Source: a virus. Taken from it: a DNA stretch of 64,000 nt. The stretch's first letter is position 1, and each line of letters opens with the position of its first letter. The DNA lies in the IMG/VR virus record IMGVR_UViG_3300023176_007894, positions 1 through 64,000 of that record; one strand, written 5' to 3'. This document shows, piece after piece, positions 52,126-61,775 of this stretch. A model generated the notes under the pieces. That model was given only the letters and a program-made list of their open reading frames with translations. It searched no databases and was not told the DNA's origin. The position numbers were made by a program, and so were the translations under genes.

Positions 52126-54687
52126 TTATTTCACCTCGGACATCTTCATATAAATTTTTTCGTCCAAAATTTTTATAGAATCAATAAATAATATATCTTC
52201 ACTTTTTCGTCCATATGTGACTACAATATTCTTTTTTGATGGGGTTTTGTTTGTCTGTTTTTCAAAATATCTATCATAGAAATTACCTCTTCTTGAGTTT
52301 AGGAGCATGGCATCATATCTTCCGCTTTCATCAGATATAGAAAGCTTCATGTATTTATTACCATTTCGGGAAGTTCGCTTTATGCAGTCTTCAACAACTC
52401 CGATAAATCTGCCTTTTTCATCAAGATCCATGATCTTTAGATCTGACGAGTCTTTTAGTGAGGAGCTCCCGTCAGAAAAGCAGGTTTTCAATTTCGAACT
52501 ATGACTGTAGCCTAAAAGCTGAGTTTCAAAATACCAATTTGCGAAATGCTCATATTGTCTATTTTTGTCATAAATGCTTTTGTAGACATCGTACTTTTTC
52601 TTAAATGTTTTAAATCTAGATTCCTTCATTACTGGCTTGCCGTCATCAGCAATTAGATTTTCATTTTTTGCATCGACTATACAGTTGAGGAGCTTATACT
52701 CATATTTTTCTCCCAATTGAACAAAATTTCTTTTTTCTCTTTCTGTAAGTAGATTAAAAGACTGCGCCTCTAGTACCATCAGTGACCTGTTTTTCCCTTT
52801 ACTGCCTAATGCTCCGGCTTGAATTAATGCAGAAAGAACTCCTATATTGAGCCCTGCCTGTTTCGCGGAGAGAAATATATCATATTTGGTTGGGGTTTCA
52901 GAAGACCTAAAGTCTCTAAGTGCTTGCAGGGATTTTTCGCTAACTCCTTTGATGCTGTTTAGTCCAAACCTAATGTCTTTTCCTTCTATGGAGAAATCCA
53001 TTTTAGAATTTGCGAGGTCTGGAGATAATAATTTAATATTAAAGGAGTCTAATTCTTTTGAAATTTTACTTATTTCTTCTTGTGGGGATGGCTCATATTT
53101 GGTCATCTTCAATAAAGATAGAAAAAATTGTTGTGGATGATTAAATTTAAGGTATGCTGTCCATGCAGCAAGAACAGAATAACTAAGGGAGTGTGATTTA
53201 TTGAAAGAATAGTTTGCGCTATCCTCTGCGACGCTCCATAATATTGTTCCAATGTCTGGACTCAGTCCTCGCTCACTTACTTTTTGTTCAATCTTGGCTT
53301 TCCAGGCAGGCATTTGATCCACCTTTTTCTTTCCAACAATGCGCCGAAGCTGCTCTGCTTCATCAAGCGTGAATCCAACCTTCACCGCCATTTGCATAAG
53401 CTGCTCTTGATAGAGTGGAATTCCACCTGTATAATCTAATACATCCGAGAAAAACTCATGAATAACTTGGGCTTCTTCGGTTTCCACATAGGTTGCATAA
53501 TTGTCTAAAAATTCGAGAGCTCCTGGGCGACCAATCGCTACAACCGCACTAAGCTGCTCGAGGTTTTGTGGCTTGATTTTCTTGCAAACCCTGTAGTTGG
53601 TATCAGATTCTAATTGAAACAATCCGTGAGGTGCTCTTAGGGCCTGTAATGGCTTGAATACATCTGCGTTATGAAGATCAATGTCATTGCAATCAATTCC
53701 AAGGCTTTTGCATACATCATAAATCACACTCAAAGTGCGCAATCCTAGAATATCAAATTTTACCATCAGCTCCGATACCCAATTCATGTCGTATCCTGTC
53801 ACCAATGTTCCATCATTTGATGTTTGAATAGGGCAAATGTCCGTCATTGTATCAAACGAAATCGCGATTCCGCTTGGGTGAACACCTGTGTTTTTATTTA
53901 GCCCTTCAAGTTTCAATGCAATATTAAATACTTCTGGGTTTTGCGCGGCCCAATCTGTAAACTTTTCGCTTTCTTCAATAGCGTTGCGCAAAGGCACTAC
54001 CACTCCAAAACGTTTTGGGATTGTGTCACTAACTTCGTTTACTTGCTGCTCTGTAAATTCCCCAACAATCTTGCCGCATTCCTTCACGCAAAGCTTTCCG
54101 CTGAGAGTGTTTAGCGTTAGTATCTTTGCGGTTCTGGCGGGATGCTTGCGTTCGATATAATCAATAACTTCTGCGCGGCGTTCGTAAGCGATATCGTTAT
54201 CCACGTCTGCAAGTAAACTGCCATCAAGATATGTGATTCCATCTTGTTCGATCTTGCGAGCCCTGCTTTTAGAAACGAATCGTTCAAAGAATAGATTATA
54301 TTCCACAGGATCAACATTTGTTACTCCGATTAAATAGAGTACAAGAGATCCTGCGGCACTACCACGACCCGGCCCAGTGGGAATATCGTTTTCATGACAA
54401 AAATTAAGAATATCCCAGTTTAAAAGAATATAATCAATAAAACCAAGTTCTTCCAGAATGGCGAGCTCTGATTTTGCGCGATCAAAGTATTCTTTCTTGT
54501 TATCAAACTTATCGATTCCGCGATCATAGACGCCCTTGTGGCAGAGTTTGCGAAGAAACTCGTAGTTGCTCACATCTGGAGAGCACTTAAGCATTTTATA
54601 ATACTTTTCTTCGATTTTAATGTTAGGCAATCGAACGCCTGGGGGAACACATCCCTCGTAACTTTTAAATTCTTCGATAAAACTCAT
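52126..54687 (-). CDS. dnaE: DNA polymerase III alpha (DnaE) catalytic part, lacking the PHP domain
   Basis: GPGRGSAAGSL, LFFERF, DVDND, GVHPSG, KFDILGL, YSFNKSH, C-terminal OB fold. Confidence 0.93.
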   Translation of the reverse strand: MSFIEEFKSYEGCVPPGVRLPNIKIEEKYYKMLKCSPDVSNYEFLRKLCHKGVYDRGIDKFDNKKEYFDRAKSELAILEELGFIDYILLNWDILNFCHENDIPTGPGRGSAAGSLVLYLIGVTNVDPVEYNLFFERFVSKSRARKIEQDGITYLDGSLLADVDNDIAYERRAEVIDYIERKHPARTAKILTLNTLSGKLCVKECGKIVGEFTEQQVNEVSDTIPKRFGVVVPLRNAIEESEKFTDWAAQNPEVFNIALKLEGLNKNTGVHPSGIAISFDTMTDICPIQTSNDGTLVTGYDMNWVSELMVKFDILGLRTLSVIYDVCKSLGIDCNDIDLHNADVFKPLQALRAPHGLFQLESDTNYRVCKKIKPQNLEQLSAVVAIGRPGALEFLDNYATYVETEEAQVIHEFFSDVLDYTGGIPLYQEQLMQMAVKVGFTLDEAEQLRRIVGKKKVDQMPAWKAKIEQKVSERGLSPDIGTILWSVAEDSANYSFNKSHSLSYSVLAAWTAYLKFNHPQQFFLSLLKMTKYEPSPQEEISKISKELDSFNIKLLSPDLANSKMDFSIEGKDIRFGLNSIKGVSEKSLQALRDFRSSETPTKYDIFLSAKQAGLNIGVLSALIQAGALGSKGKNRSLMVLEAQSFNLLTEREKRNFVQLGEKYEYKLLNCIVDAKNENLIADDGKPVMKESRFKTFKKKYDVYKSIYDKNRQYEHFANWYFETQLLGYSHSSKLKTCFSDGSSSLKDSSDLKIMDLDEKGRFIGVVEDCIKRTSRNGNKYMKLSISDESGRYDAMLLNSRRGNFYDRYFEKQTNKTPSKKNIVVTYGRKSEDILFIDSIKILDEKIYMKMSEVK

Positions 54688-55328
54688 ACTTCTACTTCCC
54701 ATATCATTTTCTTAAATACTTCATAATTGACTCGAATATCATACAGTGCATCGTGTAATTTTTTCTCATCAAAGTCAACATCAAAATCTTTACAGCACTG
54801 TTTTAGATTGCAGCTTAATCCTCTTTCGATGAGATGATTGAGTCGATATTGCCATGCCAAAAAGTTGTCATCTTTGTCTAAGCGAATACGTTTCTTGAGG
54901 GCTTTTGCAAGACAGAGTGTGTCTACAAGATGTTCAGTATAACTAAAATCTGTTTTTGCTTTTGGGTTAACGAGCTTACGATGAATGTTATGCATATAAA
55001 CATCAAAGCCTAGAAGATTGTGTCCAACCTTTAGGTAGCTGTCGTCGTACAGATATTTCTCGAAGTGATCAAGCGCTGCTTTTGGGCAAGTTGCGCGCTT
55101 TTTGTATTTTGCTTCAGTAAAGCCTGTGATTTTCGCAGCATCAGGAGACACATTGAGCTCATCCCATTTGAGCCAATAATCTTTTTGCTCAACAATCTTG
55201 TTGTTTTCGATAACAAGGAATGCGAGTTGCCATGGCTTGTTGTGTGTAATTAGATTAAGGTTGCAAGTTTCGTAATCAAACAACAGATACTTTTTATTTT
55301 TTTGAAATCTAAGCAGTGATTCTTTCAT
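54684..55328 (-). CDS. DEDDh 3'-5' exonuclease (epsilon-like)
   Basis: FDYET, GHNLLGFD, DTL, HDALYD. Confidence 0.88.
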   Translation of the reverse strand: MKESLLRFQKNKKYLLFDYETCNLNLITHNKPWQLAFLVIENNKIVEQKDYWLKWDELNVSPDAAKITGFTEAKYKKRATCPKAALDHFEKYLYDDSYLKVGHNLLGFDVYMHNIHRKLVNPKAKTDFSYTEHLVDTLCLAKALKKRIRLDKDDNFLAWQYRLNHLIERGLSCNLKQCCKDFDVDFDEKKLHDALYDIRVNYEVFKKMIWEVEV

Positions 55329-55831
55329 TTTAAGTCTGGTCTTTCTTCGTTGCCATAGTTTATTAATAACTCTTGGCCTTTTTTAATTTTTTGGTTTGTT
55401 TTATATCTGAATAAAAAATCTTTGTAGTCTATTGAACAGTCTACGTTGTTGCGTTCAGAGTGATTATATATCATTCCAAATCCTAAAACAGTTGCGGTAG
55501 AAAAAATTTCAGAAATATCTTCGTAACCTAGTTCTTTAATCTCTTCGAAAAAAGAATTTCGAACTTCTTCATCGTCAATCATCAATTTGAAAAAGCTCTG
55601 AAAGTTAAGGCGTTCGTTTTCTTCGTGTGATAGTTTATCATTGTAGAATAAAGTGAAGACATATCTTGCTAATTCTTTGTCTTGCATGTCTTTCGCGCAT
55701 CCAGATATTATAAAATGACATTCTTCTATAATCTCTCCCGCGTCTAAGTCTTGGGCTGCAAAAACGCCCCTTCCTTTTAGGTTTGATTTCTTAACAACAA
55801 TTTTTGTTGGAGCGATAAGTTCGTCTTTCAT
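55325..55831 (-). CDS. SET-domain lysine methyltransferase-like protein
   Basis: KGRGVFA, YNHS, GQELLINYG; ATGA-coupled start MKDEL. Confidence 0.85.
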   Translation of the reverse strand: MKDELIAPTKIVVKKSNLKGRGVFAAQDLDAGEIIEECHFIISGCAKDMQDKELARYVFTLFYNDKLSHEENERLNFQSFFKLMIDDEEVRNSFFEEIKELGYEDISEIFSTATVLGFGMIYNHSERNNVDCSIDYKDFLFRYKTNQKIKKGQELLINYGNEERPDLK

Positions 55832-56583
55832 ACTTTCTCCTTCCAGCTTTCGAAGCAAAATTCATTGCTGCCAAAGTGGTCTAAGTTTGGTTTTGATAGT
55901 GTTTTGTTTCCAAAGCTCCTTCCAGTTATACATTTATAGGTCTGCAAGGCGCTGACGTCTTTTTTGTTTTTATAATATATGCTTTTCGTTAGTTCTATTT
56001 TAAATTTTTCTCCAGCAAAAGCTCGGACCCTTTCACTTAACATACGGTCAAACGGAAGAGAATTATCTTCAATGAAAAATACGGGGTCAAAGTGCGCAAA
56101 ATTGGGTGTGCAGTTTGCGAATTTCATGGTATTGTTATAAATAAACGAATCATAAAATGGTACTGCAAGCATAAGGTCTTTTTTGTTCCAGTGTTTTTTG
56201 AGTATTTTCGCATCTACCGAATTAAAATTATCTGTAAAAGCTTCGCTGAAAATAGAATTTAATCTTTTGCATCCGCTTGAGTTTTTTGCAAAAATAATAA
56301 TTTTGTGGGCAGATTGATGCGATTCCTCTTTCGGGTTGACAGAAGCATTTTCTCTCATGTCTATGCGCAGCCCAAATATCAATTTAATATCCATTGATGA
56401 CGCTATCTTGTTTGCTTGCAAGAATCCAGTAAGAGAATCTTCTACTAAAATAACCTCTTTTAATCCGTTTTCTTTGGCGATTGAAAAAATACTATCTGCA
56501 CCGCCTTCTTTCTGTGTAATTGGATTATCCAGAGTTAATATGCTTTTGCCGATAGAGAAGTGACTTTTAAATAACGCTAACAT
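55828..56583 (-). CDS. Stand-alone PHP domain of DNA polymerase III alpha
   Basis: KSHFSIGKS, AKENG...ED...GF, IKLIFG, FAKN..G..L; TTGACA-N17-TAGTAT-N7-ATG. Confidence 0.75.
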   Translation of the reverse strand: MLALFKSHFSIGKSILTLDNPITQKEGGADSIFSIAKENGLKEVILVEDSLTGFLQANKIASSMDIKLIFGLRIDMRENASVNPKEESHQSAHKIIIFAKNSSGCKRLNSIFSEAFTDNFNSVDAKILKKHWNKKDLMLAVPFYDSFIYNNTMKFANCTPNFAHFDPVFFIEDNSLPFDRMLSERVRAFAGEKFKIELTKSIYYKNKKDVSALQTYKCITGRSFGNKTLSKPNLDHFGSNEFCFESWKEKV

Positions 56584-56692
56584 GGCATATATACTAACAG
56601 AAAAACAATTTCCTGTCAAGGAATAAAAGTTATTCACGAGGTGCGATAAATGTTGACAGTATCGCTGTGGGATGTTATTATTTTAGAGTTAT

Positions 56693-59152
56693 ATGAATAT
56701 CAAAGTAAAAAAAAGAAACGGTAGACTTCAGGAGTTTAATGTAGAAAAAATTAATGCAAATGTTGAGCGTGCATGCGACTCAATTGATGACGTGTCTGTT
56801 AGCGAAATAGTGCTTGATGCTCAGCTTCAATTGTATGATAAAATTACTACTAGCGAAATTGACAAGGCCTTAATCTTAAGTGCGCGCGAAAAAATTGAAA
56901 AGGAGCCGAATTATAGCTATGCAGCAGGCAGGTTGCTGCTGAATACGGTATACAAGGAGGTTTTTAAAGAGGGTGTTGATTCTGACATCTTCAGGCTTCA
57001 ATATAGGAAGAGCTTCATTCAGGGTATTAAAAAATTAGTGGATTGCAATAGGCTTAGCCCTAGAATGCTCGAGTTTGATTTGCAAAAGTTATCTGAAGCA
57101 ATAAAAATTAGAAGGGATCTCAGGTTTAAATATCTTGGAATACAAATTTTGACAGATAGATATTTTATAAGAGAAGATGGTAAAATTATGGAGGCGCCGC
57201 AGTCTTTTTGGATGAGGGTTGCCATGGGGCTAGCCCTAGACGAAGAAGACAAAGATCAAAAGGCTATTGAGTTTTATGATTTATTTAGCAAGTTTTTGTA
57301 TACTTCTTCAACTCCAACTCTTTTTAACAGCGGAACAATTAGGTCTCAGCTGAGCTCTTGCTATCTTAATACTTTTGATGACAGTATTGACGGCATCTTT
57401 GACGGTGCTTGGCAAGAAGCTAGAAAATCTAAATATGCAGGGGGTTTGGGTCTAGACGTTACTCCGTTTAGATCTACAGGGTCTCATATTCAAGGGACTA
57501 ATGGAATATCAAGTGGATTGGTTCCTTGGTTAAAGATATTTAATGACCTATTGGTCGCAGTTAATCAGGGCGGAAAAAGACCTGGTGCGGGCTGTGCGTA
57601 TCTTGAGCCTTGGCATTTAGATTTTGAAGACTTTCTAAACTTAAGAAGGAATACCGGAGACGATAGATTAAGGTGTCATGATATGAACACTGCATCTTGG
57701 ATTCCCGACGAATTTATGCGAAGAGTTCAAAATGAAGGTGATTGGTATTTTTTCGACCCCAGAGAGGCAGATTTACATGATTGTTTTGGAGAGGAATTCG
57801 ATAAAAGATACAATGAATTAATTGATCTTGCCGAAAATGGTCATATCGATAATTGGAGGAAGATGCCCGCAAAAGAACTTTGGAAAAAAATGCTTAAGGT
57901 ATTATTTGAGACCTCTCATCCGTGGAACACTTTCAAGGATCCGTGCAATATTAGATATACAAATCAGCACGAGGGTATTGTGCATAGTAGTAACTTATGC
58001 ACTGAAATTACGCTTCACACAAAGTCCTCAAAGTACGATAAGGGAGAAAAAACCGAGATTGGAGAAACCGCAGTCTGTAATCTCGGGTCAATTAATTTAT
58101 TAAACCATCTGAATGAAGATGGTAATGATATTGATTACATTAAGCTCGAAAAAACAATTCACACTGCAATTAGAATGCTTGACAATGTGATTGACTTAAA
58201 TTTTTATCCAACAGCAGAAGCTTCTAAATCAAATTTAAGAAACAGACCTATAGGGTTGGGACTTATGGGTCTACACGATGTATTGCATGTTAAAAATATT
58301 CAAATTGACAGTGATGAAGCTGTAGAATTTAGCGATAAACTATTTGAGTTCTATTCAATGCATGCTATATATGCAAGCTCTATTTTGGCTAAAGAGCGTG
58401 GCTCATATCAAACCTACGAAGGATCTCTTTGGCATGGCGGAGTTTTCCCAATAGATTCTTACAATAATCTCATGGTTTACAGAGGTAAGCAAGAGGTGCC
58501 CGAAGAGTCAGTTACGGGTAAACCCTTAACCGGAAAAGGGCAGACTCTTAAAGAATGGCAAAAAGTAAGGGTTCATGTAAATAAGCACGGTATGAGAAAC
58601 TCAAATGTTATGGCTATTGCCCCAACAGCCACTATTGGATATATCAATGGCATTGAGCAAAGCATAGAGCCAAATTTTTCTGTATTATTTGTATATGAAA
58701 ATAAAAGCGGCAATTTCTTTATAACGAATGAGCATTTTATTAATGATATGAAGAATGCAGGTTTGTGGAATAGTGAGGTTGCAAAGCTAGTTAAAAATGT
58801 TGATGGAGATCTTTCATTATTGAATGGCGATATCCCATCAGAATTAAAAGAAAAATATAAAACGGCTTTTGACAGAGATATGTTCAAATTGATTGAAGCT
58901 AATGCGGCAAGACAAAAATGGATGGATCAATCTATAAGTTTTAATTTATACAACAAGTCTACTTCATTAAAATATTTAAATGACATTTATATGGCTTGCT
59001 GGGAAGCTGGGCTAAAAACTACATATTATTTAAGAAACCGTGCGGCATCTAAGGTAGAAAAATCTCACGAAGATAAACCTAAGAGCGAAGAAGCAACCGC
59101 ATGCAGTATTGAGGCAATGAAGAATGGTGGTATTTGCGAAAGCTGTCAGTGA
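56693..59152 (+). CDS. nrdA: Ribonucleotide reductase class I alpha subunit with ATP cone
   Basis: VKKRNG cone, TPTLFNSG, LSSCYL, SSNLCTEI, VCNLGS, APTAT, KTTYY, C-terminal CESC. Confidence 0.96.
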   Translation: MNIKVKKRNGRLQEFNVEKINANVERACDSIDDVSVSEIVLDAQLQLYDKITTSEIDKALILSAREKIEKEPNYSYAAGRLLLNTVYKEVFKEGVDSDIFRLQYRKSFIQGIKKLVDCNRLSPRMLEFDLQKLSEAIKIRRDLRFKYLGIQILTDRYFIREDGKIMEAPQSFWMRVAMGLALDEEDKDQKAIEFYDLFSKFLYTSSTPTLFNSGTIRSQLSSCYLNTFDDSIDGIFDGAWQEARKSKYAGGLGLDVTPFRSTGSHIQGTNGISSGLVPWLKIFNDLLVAVNQGGKRPGAGCAYLEPWHLDFEDFLNLRRNTGDDRLRCHDMNTASWIPDEFMRRVQNEGDWYFFDPREADLHDCFGEEFDKRYNELIDLAENGHIDNWRKMPAKELWKKMLKVLFETSHPWNTFKDPCNIRYTNQHEGIVHSSNLCTEITLHTKSSKYDKGEKTEIGETAVCNLGSINLLNHLNEDGNDIDYIKLEKTIHTAIRMLDNVIDLNFYPTAEASKSNLRNRPIGLGLMGLHDVLHVKNIQIDSDEAVEFSDKLFEFYSMHAIYASSILAKERGSYQTYEGSLWHGGVFPIDSYNNLMVYRGKQEVPEESVTGKPLTGKGQTLKEWQKVRVHVNKHGMRNSNVMAIAPTATIGYINGIEQSIEPNFSVLFVYENKSGNFFITNEHFINDMKNAGLWNSEVAKLVKNVDGDLSLLNGDIPSELKEKYKTAFDRDMFKLIEANAARQKWMDQSISFNLYNKSTSLKYLNDIYMACWEAGLKTTYYLRNRAASKVEKSHEDKPKSEEATACSIEAMKNGGICESCQ

Positions 59153-59427
59153 TGGCAACCAAGGAAAAATATTTTAAATCATATCAGGAAAGTTTGCTTC
59201 GCGCAAACTTGATTAGAAAAGAGCTAATGTTCTTATATTCAGATATAGAGTCAAGGAATTATTTTAAGAATAGAAAAAATGCCGAAACTGCATATATAGC
59301 AACTATAGAACAGTTGATTAACAAGGGATACGCATATCTCAGCCTTAATCCTGAGTCAAAAACTACAATACAGGTATCATTAGATATCGAAAAATACTCA
59401 AACATATTAAAAAACTTAAAGTCATGA
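59152..59427 (+). CDS. Hypothetical protein between nrdA and nrdB
   Basis: Coupled ORF. Confidence 0.45.
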   Translation: MATKEKYFKSYQESLLRANLIRKELMFLYSDIESRNYFKNRKNAETAYIATIEQLINKGYAYLSLNPESKTTIQVSLDIEKYSNILKNLKS

Positions 59428-59471
59428 ACTAAATCTTGACTTTTGTCGTTATATATGTTATAAATATATCT

Positions 59472-60485
59472 ATGAATGATAAAACAGGAGAACTTCTCAC
59501 AAACAATATCGCTGGTGTAAATAGGATCTTACCTCATAAACACAAATTTGCATGGGATTTATTTTTAAAAAGTTGCGCAAACAATTGGATGCCTACTGAG
59601 ATCAGTATGCAAAATGATATTAAACAATGGAAAAATGATGAAATTTCAGAGGATGAAAAATTACTTGTTAAACGTTGTCTTGGATTTTTTGCTGGAAGTG
59701 AGTCTTTGGTTGGTAATAATCTTTTGCTTTCTGCCTTTAAATATGTCACGGACGCTGAGTGCCGCCAGTACATCTTGCGTCAAGCTTTTGAAGAGAGTCT
59801 TCACAACCTTACGGTAGTATATGTTTGCGACAGTTTAGACTTAGATATCGAAGAGGTTTTTGCTGCTTACGAAACCATACCGAGCATCAAAGCAAAGGAT
59901 GATTTCTTGATGAGTATAACCAATGATATTAGCAGGCAGGATTTTAATCCCCATACAAAAACAGGAAAACAAGAAATCTTAAGAAACTTTTTAACATATT
60001 GGATTGTCTGCGAAGGAACATTTTTCTTTAGCGGGTTTGCAATGCTCTTGGCTCTCGGAAGACAAAACAAACTTCAGGGAATTTCTGATCAGATTAAATA
60101 TACCTTGAGAGACGAAAGTTCTCATATCGCATTTGGAACATATTTAATTAATACATTAATCGAGCAAAATCCATCTATATGGACAAAAGCAATTCAGGAA
60201 GAATTTGTAGAGCACATGAAAAAAGCCGTAGAGCTCGAAATAGAATATGCTCATGATGTGCTGCCCACAGGTATTCTTGGTCTAAACGCCGATATGTTTG
60301 TTGATTATATGCATTATATTGGTAATCGCAGGCTCGAAGCAATTGGATTGGATTACAGATTTCCAAGCGACAAAAATCCGTTTCCTTGGCTAAGTGAAGT
60401 TGTAGATGTTCAGGCTATGGGTAACTTTTTTGAACGCAGGGTTCGAGAATACCAGCAAAGTGGCGCTTTAGAAGACGATTTTTAA
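59472..60485 (+). CDS. nrdB: Ribonucleotide reductase beta subunit, class Ic-like (Chlamydia type)
   Basis: FFAGSESLV, EESLHNLTV, EGTFF, RDESSH, NFFERRVREY. Confidence 0.93.
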   Translation: MNDKTGELLTNNIAGVNRILPHKHKFAWDLFLKSCANNWMPTEISMQNDIKQWKNDEISEDEKLLVKRCLGFFAGSESLVGNNLLLSAFKYVTDAECRQYILRQAFEESLHNLTVVYVCDSLDLDIEEVFAAYETIPSIKAKDDFLMSITNDISRQDFNPHTKTGKQEILRNFLTYWIVCEGTFFFSGFAMLLALGRQNKLQGISDQIKYTLRDESSHIAFGTYLINTLIEQNPSIWTKAIQEEFVEHMKKAVELEIEYAHDVLPTGILGLNADMFVDYMHYIGNRRLEAIGLDYRFPSDKNPFPWLSEVVDVQAMGNFFERRVREYQQSGALEDDF

Positions 60486-60489
60486 ATTA

Positions 60490-61761
60490 TTAAAGCAAGC
60501 TATACAATGGAGGCTCTCCATTGGAAATTTTAAAAGGTCTGCCGCTAGGAGAAAATAAAGTTTTAGATAAGCTTAATCCCATAGCATAAGCAATAGTTGC
60601 ATTAATAGATTCTATGCCAACTCCATTTTCCTCAACATAATGTCCACGCTTATCGGATTGCCCATATACTTGTCCGCCTTTAATTCCTCCTCCTGCAAAG
60701 AGCGCACTAAAAGAAGATGGATGATGATCTCTACCGTTTCTTCCCGATTTAATCTCTGGAGTTCTTCCAAATTCGCTAGCTACAACAACCATTGTGTCAT
60801 TAAGTAGCCCTCTTGTATTTAAATCTTCGAGGAGCGCACTTAACCCTGAATCTAAGGTTGTAGCTTTGTCTTCTAGTGATCCAAAAACATCATTATGCAT
60901 GTCCCATCCTCCATAAACAACCTCGACAAATCTCACTTTACTCTCTACTAATCTGCGAGCGAGCAAACAGCCTTGTCCGAAATTATTTTGTCCATATTTT
61001 TCTCTAATGGATTCTGGTTCTTTAGTTAAATCAAATGCATCAAGATCTTTGCTCTTCATCAGTTTGATTGCATTATCGTAAAGATCGGAGTATGCTCGAA
61101 TTTGTTTTTGAGGAAAAGATTTTCCGAAAGATTGATTAAATGATTTTGCAATATCAGTTCTTTGTTTATATGTTTCTTCGTCAAGATATGAGCTTTTTTT
61201 AATATTTTGAATACCTGCATTAGGGTTGCCTAATGGAAGTGGTCCATATTTGCTCTCTAAAAATCCTGCCCCTAAAATTCCGCTTCCACCATTAATTTTA
61301 ACATTATCTGGAAGAGTAAGGTTCAGTTTTTGAGACATTCTGCTAACCCAGCTGCCCATGCTAGGATGAATAATTGTTCCTCGTTTTTGGTAAGAGGTGT
61401 GAAGTAAATAATTAGCTTGCTCGTGCGCACCTTGGTTTGTGTTTATTGATCTAACTAGTGAAGCTAAATGCATTTGCTTAGATGTTTTAGGTAACCAGTG
61501 ACCAAGCTGAATTCCGTCTGCAGAGGTATTAATAGCATTAGTTTCTCCCATAACGTCTTTGTTTTCGGGTTTTGGGTCAAATGTATCTATGTGGGTCATA
61601 CCTCCAGCCATGTATAAAAATATAATATGCCTTGCCGTTGGTGTCCTTTTGGGTTGCTCTGATACTCCAAGCAGTTCTGAAGCGCTAAAAATTGCATTAA
61701 CTCCGAGTAGAGATCCAGCTAGTTGCTTTGCAAAAATTCTTCGTGAAGATTGATTATTCAT
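60490..61761 (-). CDS. DUF1501-family protein with Tat-like signal
   Basis: SRRIF; IIFLYMAGGMTHIDTFDPK; FGQGCLLARRLVE; GGWDMH; SEFGRTP; GRDHH. Confidence 0.9.
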   Translation of the reverse strand: MNNQSSRRIFAKQLAGSLLGVNAIFSASELLGVSEQPKRTPTARHIIFLYMAGGMTHIDTFDPKPENKDVMGETNAINTSADGIQLGHWLPKTSKQMHLASLVRSINTNQGAHEQANYLLHTSYQKRGTIIHPSMGSWVSRMSQKLNLTLPDNVKINGGSGILGAGFLESKYGPLPLGNPNAGIQNIKKSSYLDEETYKQRTDIAKSFNQSFGKSFPQKQIRAYSDLYDNAIKLMKSKDLDAFDLTKEPESIREKYGQNNFGQGCLLARRLVESKVRFVEVVYGGWDMHNDVFGSLEDKATTLDSGLSALLEDLNTRGLLNDTMVVVASEFGRTPEIKSGRNGRDHHPSSFSALFAGGGIKGGQVYGQSDKRGHYVEENGVGIESINATIAYAMGLSLSKTLFSPSGRPFKISNGEPPLYSLL

Positions 61762-61775
61762 ATAAAGGTATACAC

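Noticed and set aside
56693-60485. Intron, intein or homing endonuclease in nrdA/nrdB
   Set aside because: Both genes are normal length and continuous, and the intervening 91-aa ORF has no HNH, GIY-YIG or LAGLIDADG motif
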